From Candidatus Nomurabacteria bacterium (GTDB lineage Bacteria > Patescibacteriota > Minisyncoccia > Phycocordibacterales > UBA918): 64,000 bases of DNA. Made by a program: the position numbers and the translations under genes. Below the pieces are notes generated by a model. That model saw nothing but the letters and a program-made list of their open reading frames with translations. It was not told the DNA's origin and ran no database searches. This document shows, one piece after another, positions 20,458 to 30,001 of the stretch; the first letter of the stretch is position 1, and each line of letters opens with the position of its first letter. The stretch spans positions 365,634 through 429,633 of the forward strand of contig CP060227.1 of NCBI GenBank assembly GCA_023898525.1, read 5' to 3'.

Positions 20458-21578
20458 ATTTGTTTCACTTTTTCTTTAATCCTCTCTACATACTTAGCCG
20501 AAGAAAACACCTCGCTAGTCTGCAGAACCCTACTGTGCAATTCAGTCTGTAAAGATTCATCGTCTAGGACATTAATTATCTTCGTCACCGCATCTGCCTT
20601 GTCATTATATATAAGACGATTATCGTTGACTATCTCTAGTTGACCACCGCCATTTGGAACAAAGACAACACAGCCGGAGCGCTGCATTTCAGCCAACACA
20701 ATTCCGAACTGCTCATCCTTAGTACCATTTATTCCAAATCTGTGCTCTTGACATATTTTATCTAACTCTAGGTTGGTAACCGAACCAACCATTTTTATCC
20801 ATGAGTTGTCTTCGGCTATCCTTTTTATCTTTTTAGCGTACATGTCCTTATATATCGGACCGACAATAGTTAGACCAACATCATACCCCTTGTCTCTAAT
20901 AGACTTAATTATTTCAATACATTTCTCTATACGCTTCTCGGGAGATATGCGACCAACAAACAAAAAGTTATTATCGCGGTCTAAAAATGACCTATTTGAA
21001 ACCAAAACTGATTTGACTGGCGGGTAGACGGTAGCCACATCCGTAGTTGGATAGTGTTCTCTTATTACGTTAGCTGTCCAGTTAGAACAAGTCATGAATT
21101 TGTACTCATCTACCCGTTCTTTCTTATAACCAAATAGCGCCGACAATGCATGTCTTACGCCACTCTTGGTTGTAGAATCTATCATTGGGTAATGTATGTA
21201 CTGTAAAGACAGACTCTGTATATTTCCAAAATCAAACTCATTGTATGAAGAAATACAAACATCATAGTTTTTTGCCTGTAACCTGACCAGCAACATAAAC
21301 ACAAAGGTATGCAAAAACCAAGACCAGGAAACCAGTGGACGTATGAAAGACCAGCCTTTAACCTCAATCACTTTAAAATCCTGTGGCCTTAGATTGGTTC
21401 CATACTGATCATTAATGCGTGAAATATCCTGTAGCATAGCACCCTTGTGTGGCACAGCTAGAGACAACTCATAATCACCTTTTAAGGCCTCTAGCATCCA
21501 AACACACACCGCTTCTGCTCCACCGATATGCTCAAGACCAAATGTTTGTTGATGTACGATAAGGACCTTTTTTTTCAT
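20454..21578 (-). CDS. glycosyltransferase family 4
   Basis: GT4 N-terminal G-rich motif (HIGGAEA) and C-terminal E-x7-E-like region; 4-bp overlaps with both neighbours. Confidence 0.75.
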   Translation of the reverse strand: MKKKVLIVHQQTFGLEHIGGAEAVCVWMLEALKGDYELSLAVPHKGAMLQDISRINDQYGTNLRPQDFKVIEVKGWSFIRPLVSWSWFLHTFVFMLLVRLQAKNYDVCISSYNEFDFGNIQSLSLQYIHYPMIDSTTKSGVRHALSALFGYKKERVDEYKFMTCSNWTANVIREHYPTTDVATVYPPVKSVLVSNRSFLDRDNNFLFVGRISPEKRIEKCIEIIKSIRDKGYDVGLTIVGPIYKDMYAKKIKRIAEDNSWIKMVGSVTNLELDKICQEHRFGINGTKDEQFGIVLAEMQRSGCVVFVPNGGGQLEIVNDNRLIYNDKADAVTKIINVLDDESLQTELHSRVLQTSEVFSSAKYVERIKEKVKQI

Positions 21579-22699
21579 AGTATTTTTTTGAATAATGACT
21601 CAATTTGGTCGACAGTCTTTTCCGGACTAAAGAAAGCGGCTCTGAGCTTAGCTCGGTTATGATAGTCGGTCTTGCCCGACAAGATTATGTTTAAAGCTTT
21701 GTTAAACTTAGGAGAAATATTTTTGGGCGATTTATTAAGAACATCTATCAAAATACCAACGTCTGATTCATAAGGATATTCTAGATCAACATCAGCCTCT
21801 ATATTCATAACTTCCCGCGGACCATAAGGAGCATCAATACAAACGATTGGTAAGCCAGCTGACAAAGCTTCAATTAGTGACACCCCTAAAGATTCTTGCT
21901 TTGCACAGGACAAATAAGCGGTAGCGGATGATAATTCTTGACATAAATTATCAGTAACTCCAGAAAAAATAATTCGCTCTGTAAGACCAGCTTTTCTAAC
22001 CTTATCTTTTAGAATTTCCTCGATACTTCCCTCTCCAAAGATTATCAAATTTCCCCTACCACCAGACTGTACGTACCTTATAAATATCTCTACTAATATA
22101 TCCACTCCTTTTACATACTCAAGTCTGGAAGCTGTAATAAAAATCGGATCAACAGTTTTTTGTTTAATTACTTCACACTTTTTCACTGGGTTATAAGCAA
22201 GAATCACTGGCGTACCTGGAAAATTATTTTTTAATTCTTCAACAACACCCGAGGACACACCAACAAAACCATCTGCATATTTATAAAATATTTTTCTTAA
22301 AGTAGCGTAACCAGTGTCATTTAGAAATAACGATTGATGTTCATAAACAATCACCGGCACTTTTATTATTCGCAAGAATTTTAACAACATCAAAATAATA
22401 ATCGTACCGGAAGCAGACACTACAATCACCTGCGGTTTATTACTTTTATAAACTTCACTAAGCCAAGTAAACCGTTTATAAATTCGACTTAATTTACCGA
22501 AAATTCCCACTTTTTCAAAATCACCGAACAAGTGATAAATATCACCCCAAAAGTCATGTTCAGGTCTAACTCCGTAAAAAGTAGCGGAAGAGACCATATA
22601 ACCACGTCTAGAAAAAACCTCTGCTACTAGCGGAACTACTTTTTCTATTCCTCCAATACCCGACAATTTTGGCTGCACAAAAAGTATCTTGTTCGCCAT
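21575..22699 (-). CDS. glycosyltransferase family 4
   Basis: SGIGGIEKVV N-terminal motif; C-terminal SLGVSLIEALSAGLPIV. Confidence 0.75.
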   Translation of the reverse strand: MANKILFVQPKLSGIGGIEKVVPLVAEVFSRRGYMVSSATFYGVRPEHDFWGDIYHLFGDFEKVGIFGKLSRIYKRFTWLSEVYKSNKPQVIVVSASGTIIILMLLKFLRIIKVPVIVYEHQSLFLNDTGYATLRKIFYKYADGFVGVSSGVVEELKNNFPGTPVILAYNPVKKCEVIKQKTVDPIFITASRLEYVKGVDILVEIFIRYVQSGGRGNLIIFGEGSIEEILKDKVRKAGLTERIIFSGVTDNLCQELSSATAYLSCAKQESLGVSLIEALSAGLPIVCIDAPYGPREVMNIEADVDLEYPYESDVGILIDVLNKSPKNISPKFNKALNIILSGKTDYHNRAKLRAAFFSPEKTVDQIESLFKKIL

Positions 22700-22702
22700 A
22701 TT

Positions 22703-24457
22703 TTATTCTTTTGATAATAGATAATTACCTATAGCCAAATGCGGCAAACCGGATAAAACAAAAGTCCTTAAAGCATCAATCGGCTTTTCTACGTTTGGTT
22801 CGCCATGCAGATTGAAGCTGGTATTTAGTATTCCACCTACCCCGGTTAATTTTTCAAAATTACTTATCAAAGCATGGTATTCAGGATTGGTTTGTTTTTG
22901 TACCATTTGTGGCCGACTAGTTAGATCATACGGATGGAGAGCAGCAATCAGGTCTTTGTGGGCTTTTGGTTTAGTATTAAAAGTTATTGCCATATACGGA
23001 GCTACATAGTCATCTACACCTTCCAAATAATCATGTCTCCTCTCGTATAAAATACTTGTCGCAAAAGGCATCCAGAAATCCCGACCCTTAATCATTTCAT
23101 TAATTAGCTTTACGTTTTCTCTGGAGGTTGGATTGGCTAAAATTGATCGGTTACCAAGCGCTCTAGCTCCCCACTCTGCTCGCCCTTTAAAGCGGCCGAC
23201 TACACTGTTTTTAGCCAAAAGTTCTGCCACCTTATACTCAATATTCTCGTCGTCTTTCGGATCACAATAAGAAACTTTAATAGACGAATCTAAATCATAA
23301 TCATCTATAGCTTTTTTTATTTCTTCGTCTGTGTACTCAGACCCTAAATAAAGATTTTCTATTGTTTTTAGCTCTCCAAGATCACCTTTGTTTCTCTCAC
23401 TATATCTATAAATAGCCGCACCAATAGCCAATGACTCATCACCACATGAAGGCGTTACTATAAAGGATTTAACTTCGTTCATTTCTCTCACATACTGATT
23501 AGCTTTTACGTTCATAAAGACCCCTCCACCAACAGCTATATCACCCATTCCGTATTTGGCTACCGAAGCTCTGACCATTTCTTTTATAGATTCTTCGGCT
23601 AATTTCTGAATACCGTAAGCTAAAGAATCAAAACGGTGTAGATAATAATTATTAGCTATTAAATACGGAGTAGCTCTATTTAAAGGAATTTTTGACACAA
23701 ACGTCATTCGTTCTGAATCAAAACTCACAAGTTCTTTTAACTTCTCGTATACCTTTTCACCAGCACTGGCTTTCGCATATGGAGCAAGTCCCATCACTTT
23801 AAACTCGTGTTCATTTCTGGCCATCCCTAAAAGATCCACAACCGCTGCATACAGAAGTCCAATAGAGTCTTTTATTAAGATTGAATGCTTCCGCTCAATT
23901 TTGCCATCTTTATATATATTTATACTGCCAGACAAATCATCACCAGCGCCATCTAAAGTCAAAATGAGATACGGTTTTTTAGTGTCCGGCAAAAAAGGTG
24001 TAGTAGCCCAAGCATGAGCCAAATGATGCTCTATTCTCGTTATCCTAGCCGAAGGAAATTGTTCAGTTAAAAGTGCTTTCAATTTTTCCTCAACTCCAGA
24101 ATACGCTCTTTTCTCTACCCATTTGTCGCGCACATTAACAACTTTGTTAAGTAACGGATACCTAAACCCAATAGCTCTTAAGAAATTATCAGCCGGTACC
24201 GAACCATGCTTGCGACTTTCTAGATTTTGCTCCGCTGTCGCAAATATTTCATGTCCATATTTCATCCCTACCACCACCACTTCTTCAATAGAATTTATAC
24301 CGTATTTCTGTTTTATGTAAGCTATTGATAAAAATGGAAATCCTCTATGCTTTTTAGCTCGACTCAGACGCTCTTCCGACATGGCCTCCATAACTTCTCC
24401 GTCTTTCAACAAAACAGCCGTTGAATCATGACCGATATGAATACCCAATATATACAT
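22703..24457 (-). CDS. carbamoyltransferase (NodU/CmcH family)
   Basis: 584 aa; N-terminus ILGIHIGHDSTAVLLKDGEV...AMSEERLSR.K and C-terminal carbamoyltransferase domain (ILNTSFNLHGEP). Confidence 0.85.
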   Translation of the reverse strand: MYILGIHIGHDSTAVLLKDGEVMEAMSEERLSRAKKHRGFPFLSIAYIKQKYGINSIEEVVVVGMKYGHEIFATAEQNLESRKHGSVPADNFLRAIGFRYPLLNKVVNVRDKWVEKRAYSGVEEKLKALLTEQFPSARITRIEHHLAHAWATTPFLPDTKKPYLILTLDGAGDDLSGSINIYKDGKIERKHSILIKDSIGLLYAAVVDLLGMARNEHEFKVMGLAPYAKASAGEKVYEKLKELVSFDSERMTFVSKIPLNRATPYLIANNYYLHRFDSLAYGIQKLAEESIKEMVRASVAKYGMGDIAVGGGVFMNVKANQYVREMNEVKSFIVTPSCGDESLAIGAAIYRYSERNKGDLGELKTIENLYLGSEYTDEEIKKAIDDYDLDSSIKVSYCDPKDDENIEYKVAELLAKNSVVGRFKGRAEWGARALGNRSILANPTSRENVKLINEMIKGRDFWMPFATSILYERRHDYLEGVDDYVAPYMAITFNTKPKAHKDLIAALHPYDLTSRPQMVQKQTNPEYHALISNFEKLTGVGGILNTSFNLHGEPNVEKPIDALRTFVLSGLPHLAIGNYLLSKE

Positions 24458-24463
24458 AAAATA

Positions 24464-25141
24464 TTAATTATTTCGTTTAATAATATACCTTAATAACTTA
24501 GCTATTCCTAATCGTCGCAAAACCTTTCTTAACCCAGCCAGCGATACCCATGACTCCGCCCAATGATTTCTTGTGTATGCCAAACTTAGTTTGTGCTGTG
24601 TACATTTTTCACCATCATCACAGGGATTAAAATAATGATAGTCGTATACTCTCACTGTTGGATACCCTCCATTTAATGTCTCAGTTACAATTATTGGTGA
24701 AGTTCGTTTTGTAGAATATGTTTTATCATTGTCGTAAACTTTCAAAATGTCCTTTATTACAGGATGATTTGGTACAGCACCAATTACTCCAGCGGCAGTC
24801 ATACCATCCTTAGTTTGACCAAAAAATGCCTCGTGTTTAAGCAACGGGTCAAACGATTGTAAAACCTCCGTATCGGTATCTAAATAAATACCCCCCTCCC
24901 TTTCTAGTACCCAAAAACGAACATAGTCTGCCACAAACGCCCATTTTTTCTTAGCATACATTGCTTTAACATAGTGATGATCCATTGGGATATTGGTCTC
25001 ATTCCAGAGTTTAATCTCATAATCAGGCAAATATCTTTTCCAGCTTTCAATACAACGCTTAGCTACTGGTGTAAGCGGTTGGTTCCCAACCCAAACATAG
25101 TGGATAACCTTAGGAATAATTTTTTTTTCTACTTTCTTCAT
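24464..25141 (-). CDS. glycosyltransferase with DXD sugar-binding region (GT32-like, Och1/capsule-synthesis family)
   Basis: IPKVIHYVWVG...YLDTDT (DXD) pattern of PF04488. Confidence 0.65.
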   Translation of the reverse strand: MKKVEKKIIPKVIHYVWVGNQPLTPVAKRCIESWKRYLPDYEIKLWNETNIPMDHHYVKAMYAKKKWAFVADYVRFWVLEREGGIYLDTDTEVLQSFDPLLKHEAFFGQTKDGMTAAGVIGAVPNHPVIKDILKVYDNDKTYSTKRTSPIIVTETLNGGYPTVRVYDYHYFNPCDDGEKCTQHKLSLAYTRNHWAESWVSLAGLRKVLRRLGIAKLLRYIIKRNN

Positions 25142-25198
25142 GACGATAACCTAAATACGTTTAGCTATCTTACCATTAATAAGCAAAGAAAACATGCC

Positions 25199-26071
25199 TT
25201 ACTTTAGCTTTTCCATCCCCCACTCCTCAATCAAATCTCGGTGTAAGAGAGCTGAGAGAGTTTTAACATCTTTGTAATAATATTTCACCAAATACTCTTC
25301 TAGGTCCGATGATATCGGTATCTGTTTTGCTTTACGCCAAAGCCGGTCTGGTAAGATATCTGGTTTTTTAAGCTTTGCTAACACTATATAGTAAGGCTTG
25401 GTTACAATTCGCCAAATCAACTTTAGTGTCCGTTTTATAAAACCTGGCTTATGTTGACCCAAGTCCTCTTCATCGGCGATTAATGATTTTAAAACTAATG
25501 GCACGAATTTTGGATCAATTTCCAAATAATCAAAAAAATCTGACAATACCTTAAGCGGATCATCCACCAAATCAGAACCCACAATAACCATCAAATCCGT
25601 TGGAGAATAATATGAATAGTAATGTGTAAGTTGTTTACCAAATAAATACTTAGTTAGTGTTTCTGGATACGATTTTATAAAACCCGCTAAAGTTATATCA
25701 TCAGTTATTTTTCCGGATGATAAAGCTTCCAGATAATCAATTCTAACCCCCAAAAGCGGGTTACCAATAACTGCAAACAACCTAGCACTTGGATAGGTTT
25801 CGGCAATTAGGTTGGCAGCCGGCAAATGTTCTAGATAACGACAAGCTAATTCACCACACTTCCCACCGGTGTCGCAGCCGCTAAAGTTATTTTCGTACCA
25901 ATCAATACCCTGAACATAGGTAGCCATGTCAGAAAAAAAATTTGTACCTGCCTCAGGGATATTAACTTCCGGATGCTCGCGTAAATATGAGTACAAAAGC
26001 GGCGTGAAGCTGGAGGAGCCCAATCCAATAAAAGAAACTTTTTGCCTTTTCATTCGTAGATTCATATTCAT
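25199..26071 (-). CDS. sulfotransferase-like protein
   Basis: KVSFIGLGSSSFTPLL resembles the PAPS 5'-phosphosulfate-binding loop and VIGNPLLGVRIDYLEALSS the 3'-phosphate-binding motif; assignment by motif only. Confidence 0.45.
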   Translation of the reverse strand: MNMNLRMKRQKVSFIGLGSSSFTPLLYSYLREHPEVNIPEAGTNFFSDMATYVQGIDWYENNFSGCDTGGKCGELACRYLEHLPAANLIAETYPSARLFAVIGNPLLGVRIDYLEALSSGKITDDITLAGFIKSYPETLTKYLFGKQLTHYYSYYSPTDLMVIVGSDLVDDPLKVLSDFFDYLEIDPKFVPLVLKSLIADEEDLGQHKPGFIKRTLKLIWRIVTKPYYIVLAKLKKPDILPDRLWRKAKQIPISSDLEEYLVKYYYKDVKTLSALLHRDLIEEWGMEKLK

Positions 26072-27399
26072 TTACCTTCAGCTGAACTATCACCAACAAA
26101 AAATACCTGTTCAATACTCTCACGATAAGTGGCCAAATACCGCTTAGGGTCATCATGGAATTTTTTAACTATCATAGCTTGTGCTGTTTCTACCATCCGA
26201 CCACGTAAAGGCACATCATTCATTAGTATATTTAGCTTAAGACTAAACTCATCAGTATTATCTGGAGCACAAAGCAGAGCTGACTCACCATCAATAAATA
26301 TATCCTCTCTGGCGGCTGTGCGTGCCACTACCATTGGTATGCCAGCCGCTGCCCCCTGCAAAGCTACCTCTTCGCTCTCACTGTCGGTATCTGGAATAAT
26401 CAAAACGGTAGCAGATTTCAGATAAGGTACCACATCCTTTACATTAGTTTCAAAAATAACCTGTTCCTTAATACCAAAAGTTTCTGCCCGCTCTTGCAAT
26501 TCTTTTTTAGCTGGACCGTCACCAACAATAACTAAACCGATGTGTGGATTTTTTAACCCAAAGCGAGCCGCATCAATAGCCCGGTAGGCAGCACTGTCAT
26601 AATCAAGTTCACCAATATAAAGCATAATAAAAACCAATGGTTTGAACTTGGCCCGTAAATCTAGTGTGGACTGAATCTTTATAAGCGACTCGTAATTATT
26701 GAAACGCGGTAAAACCGCTAAGTCTTCGACTGAAAATTTATTTTGGATCAACTCAGCAATAGCTTTAGTGCTAGTTCGCACACTCTTAACTTTAGATATA
26801 GTAAAGTGAGGTAAATATCTTCGCCACCTATTGTGTTTACTCTTCTTTAAAAAGTCAGCCTGCGTATAATCTTCCAAAACATGAATCTGGACTGGTCGAT
26901 TGTATTTTTTTCCTAACCGATTAGCCAAAAAAGCACTTTCGAAAGGATCACGCGCCACAATGAGATCAGGCCGAAAACCTCCAGCAAACACCAACTGATC
27001 TTCAGTCAGAGCCATTCCCGACCAAGGAGTATGCCACCAGTCTTTATCACTAGCTGTGTAGAGCCAGACATTATCAGCTACACGCAAGGTAGGGTTTTTA
27101 GCTCTAATTCCCTGGCGCAAAATTAAAATATGCACCTCATCAAACAAATCAGAAATATTTGTATATCCATCAAGCGACTGCTGGGTAGGATTGAGCAGCG
27201 ACTCATCCTGTGAAATAAACAGAACCCGAGTCTCATCACGATCGGACCTTACCTCGTAGACAGAGTCATCGTTTATCGCCTCTTCTACTGAAACATAACG
27301 AGTATCATCTCGGGCACGTTTTTCCCGCTCCAGAACATAATCCAGGCTATAACGTTCAAATTCTGAAGCATCAGTACGCGAAAGGTTCTTTCTTGCCAT
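26068..27399 (-). CDS. glycosyltransferase family 4 with N-terminal extension
   Basis: C-terminal GT4 motifs (GIPMVVARTAAREDI...GESALL); 443 aa. Confidence 0.65.
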   Translation of the reverse strand: MARKNLSRTDASEFERYSLDYVLEREKRARDDTRYVSVEEAINDDSVYEVRSDRDETRVLFISQDESLLNPTQQSLDGYTNISDLFDEVHILILRQGIRAKNPTLRVADNVWLYTASDKDWWHTPWSGMALTEDQLVFAGGFRPDLIVARDPFESAFLANRLGKKYNRPVQIHVLEDYTQADFLKKSKHNRWRRYLPHFTISKVKSVRTSTKAIAELIQNKFSVEDLAVLPRFNNYESLIKIQSTLDLRAKFKPLVFIMLYIGELDYDSAAYRAIDAARFGLKNPHIGLVIVGDGPAKKELQERAETFGIKEQVIFETNVKDVVPYLKSATVLIIPDTDSESEEVALQGAAAGIPMVVARTAAREDIFIDGESALLCAPDNTDEFSLKLNILMNDVPLRGRMVETAQAMIVKKFHDDPKRYLATYRESIEQVFFVGDSSAEGK

Positions 27400-27463
27400 T
27401 ATCCTATTAGTATACAGGGTAATAAATAATAATTAATTACCTTATCAAGGGGACTGCCAATAA

Positions 27464-28465
27464 CTAGTTCAAAATCTGAAGTAAAATTGCTGCTAACTTA
27501 TCTGGATCGTGACGAATCAAGCTCCGCTTTAAGGCATCGCCCGCCACCTGTTTTATCTCTTCGTCAGCCACCAATGATTCGGCACAGACCTTATATGCCA
27601 CATCATTACTACAATTATTCAAAATCGGATAATCGCCTTTACTGGCATATTTTTTTAATAGCCCTTGAGACAAAGATGTGTTATTTACAATCGCTATATC
27701 TATATTGCGACCGATATATTTTATTATCTCATCAATATGCTCTTTGGCATTCATTCCCACTGTTTGACCCTGTTTTGACATCAGATTACAAACATAGACC
27801 ACCGTCGCCCGACTCTGCTGTAAAGCCTCAGCAAAACCGCCAACAATACAGTTGGCTAGCACACTAGTATATAAATCCCCTGGACCCAAAACCACCAAGT
27901 CTGCTTCAAGCAAAGTTTTTTTAGCAGACTCGGTAATCTTAACAACCGGCGATTGCAGCAGCCTAACAATACGATGTGGCGCATTATCCGTACGAAGTCT
28001 ATCGATATCGTCCTCACCTTTAATTATAGTTCCGTCTTCGTATTCAGCCACCAGGTCATTATTGTCAGTTGTAACCGGCACCACTCTACCCGATACTCTC
28101 AATATTCTAGACGTAGCCTCAATTGCCTTCACCTCATCCCCCAGTATCTCCGTCAAAGCAGTTAGCAGCAGATTACCAAAATTGTGACCAGCTAAACCCT
28201 GACCTCGGTCAAACCGGTAGGAAAATAATTGCCTAAGCAATTTATCATGCTCATCACCATCAGCCGCTAGAGCCGTTAGAGCATTCCTAATATCACCAAT
28301 CGGTAGCCGGCCAAACTCATCACGCAGCCGGCCAGTTGAACCACCCGAGTCTGACATACTGACTACGGCAGTAATATCCAACTGGTCAGAATAGGGCCTA
28401 AGACCACGCAGTACCGTATGTGTACCGGTTCCCCCACCCACTACTACAACACGTTTTTTATCCAT
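27464..28465 (-). CDS. yvcK: YvcK/CofD-like gluconeogenesis factor (UPF0052)
   Basis: VVVGGGTGTHTVLRGL...SDSGGSTGRLRDEFG matches the UPF0052 signature. Confidence 0.8.
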   Translation of the reverse strand: MDKKRVVVVGGGTGTHTVLRGLRPYSDQLDITAVVSMSDSGGSTGRLRDEFGRLPIGDIRNALTALAADGDEHDKLLRQLFSYRFDRGQGLAGHNFGNLLLTALTEILGDEVKAIEATSRILRVSGRVVPVTTDNNDLVAEYEDGTIIKGEDDIDRLRTDNAPHRIVRLLQSPVVKITESAKKTLLEADLVVLGPGDLYTSVLANCIVGGFAEALQQSRATVVYVCNLMSKQGQTVGMNAKEHIDEIIKYIGRNIDIAIVNNTSLSQGLLKKYASKGDYPILNNCSNDVAYKVCAESLVADEEIKQVAGDALKRSLIRHDPDKLAAILLQILN

Positions 28466-28512
28466 AATTTTACGGACTATACTAACACTATTTTACAAGA
28501 CTGGTCAAAAAA

Positions 28513-29994
28513 CTAAGATCGCTGTCGGCTGAAATACATAGCTGTAATAACAAAGAGTAATAAAGTTGTGAAAGCTAGGTATGGCCAATTAATCTGTTTC
28601 GGGCTGGGGTCAGACTTATCTTTCTTCTTATCAACCTCCTCCATTTTAGATACCTCTGGAATATCATCTTTAACTTCCTCAACCACCCCTTCAACCGTCA
28701 CCTCAGATGGCGTTGTATCATTACTCGCTACAACATATTCAAAATTAGCATCAGTATCAGCTTCGACTAGTGTGTTAACTGACTCTACCGAGCGCCGTGA
28801 CACAACCTCGTACCCTTTCTTCTCAACCGCGAAGTGAGCTGTCGGAGCGGCAGCCAACAAGTTGGCTGCCGCTCCGACAGCTAAATCAGTAAAGGTTGAG
28901 GTTACGATATTGTGTTTCGTATCATAGACCGCCACCAGATTTTCGTCTGATACCTTTAACCTATCTTTAGCGATTGTAATTGTTCCTCTGGGCAAGATTA
29001 TCGTTCGAGGTGGCAACACCACTTCGGCCAAGCCTTTTATACTAAAACCAGAAATATCAACATCATAAGGGGAATCATTATGAAGTTGTATGTCGCCAAC
29101 CTCGTTTTTAGTAATTGAAAAAGTTATTGGCAGGACGGTTATCTCCTTGCGTACAGTAACATCACGGGTGGCATACTTTGCATTTACGGTTACCACATAG
29201 GTTCCCGGATAAGCGTAAAAATGTTCTACTTGACTACCCATCGCATCGTAAGAATCACCGAAGTTCCAAGTGTAGACTAGTGAATTTAAAATGGTTTGAC
29301 CAATCCCTTCTCCAGTTGCCGTTAGTGATATAGTTTGATTAACATAAGCAATGTCCGGCACATCTGCATAAACATTCAATTCTGCTGTTGACTGAACCAA
29401 CAGGCCAGGTTTTTGATTTCCCTTACTGGACGAGACTGTTTTAGGTTTGTTTATTGAGGTCTTTGACACAACCGATTCTGTAGTCGGCAATTTCGGTTCC
29501 ACCCGACCACTACGATTTTGAGCACCTGGAGTCGGACTATCTGTCACCCAGCCAGCACTGGTATATTGTGCAGTATCCTTGGTAGTATTATCACCACCAA
29601 TTTCTTGCCAGCTTTCTCCCCCTGCCACCTGATCTACAATCAATCCACCAGAGTCACGTAAAGTTAGTGTCACTCCAGTATTAACCAAGGCACCGGTATA
29701 AATAAGAAAAGCCGCTCCAGTGGCCGCCTCATCACTTGAACGCTCCAAAACTGCATATGACGAAGCGGGTATAGTACCAGATAAAGTAATTTCCAAATTA
29801 AGCCCGTCAGACAAAATCCAACCATCCACATTCACCGGAACCGCTTCTGTATTACGTAACTCAATCCACTCATGGTTAGCTGACTCTGTATCACCCATCC
29901 AAGCTATTTCATTGATAATAACCGCCGCATTAGCCACTATGGGCACAAAACCAAAACCGACCAACATAACAAATACAAACAAGTAATTAATCAT
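28513..29994 (-). CDS. cell-surface protein with lamin-tail domain (LTD) and PKD domain, C-terminal TM anchor
   Basis: Start taken at internal Met (MINYLFVFVMLVGFGFVPIVANA signal); VIINEIAWMG...EWIELRN...VDGWILSDG is LTD; YTWNFGDS...HFYAYPGTYVVTV is PKD; C-terminal LAFTTLLLFVITAMYF. Confidence 0.65.
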   Translation of the reverse strand: MINYLFVFVMLVGFGFVPIVANAAVIINEIAWMGDTESANHEWIELRNTEAVPVNVDGWILSDGLNLEITLSGTIPASSYAVLERSSDEAATGAAFLIYTGALVNTGVTLTLRDSGGLIVDQVAGGESWQEIGGDNTTKDTAQYTSAGWVTDSPTPGAQNRSGRVEPKLPTTESVVSKTSINKPKTVSSSKGNQKPGLLVQSTAELNVYADVPDIAYVNQTISLTATGEGIGQTILNSLVYTWNFGDSYDAMGSQVEHFYAYPGTYVVTVNAKYATRDVTVRKEITVLPITFSITKNEVGDIQLHNDSPYDVDISGFSIKGLAEVVLPPRTIILPRGTITIAKDRLKVSDENLVAVYDTKHNIVTSTFTDLAVGAAANLLAAAPTAHFAVEKKGYEVVSRRSVESVNTLVEADTDANFEYVVASNDTTPSEVTVEGVVEEVKDDIPEVSKMEEVDKKKDKSDPSPKQINWPYLAFTTLLLFVITAMYFSRQRS

Positions 29995-30001
29995 ACAAAA
30001 A

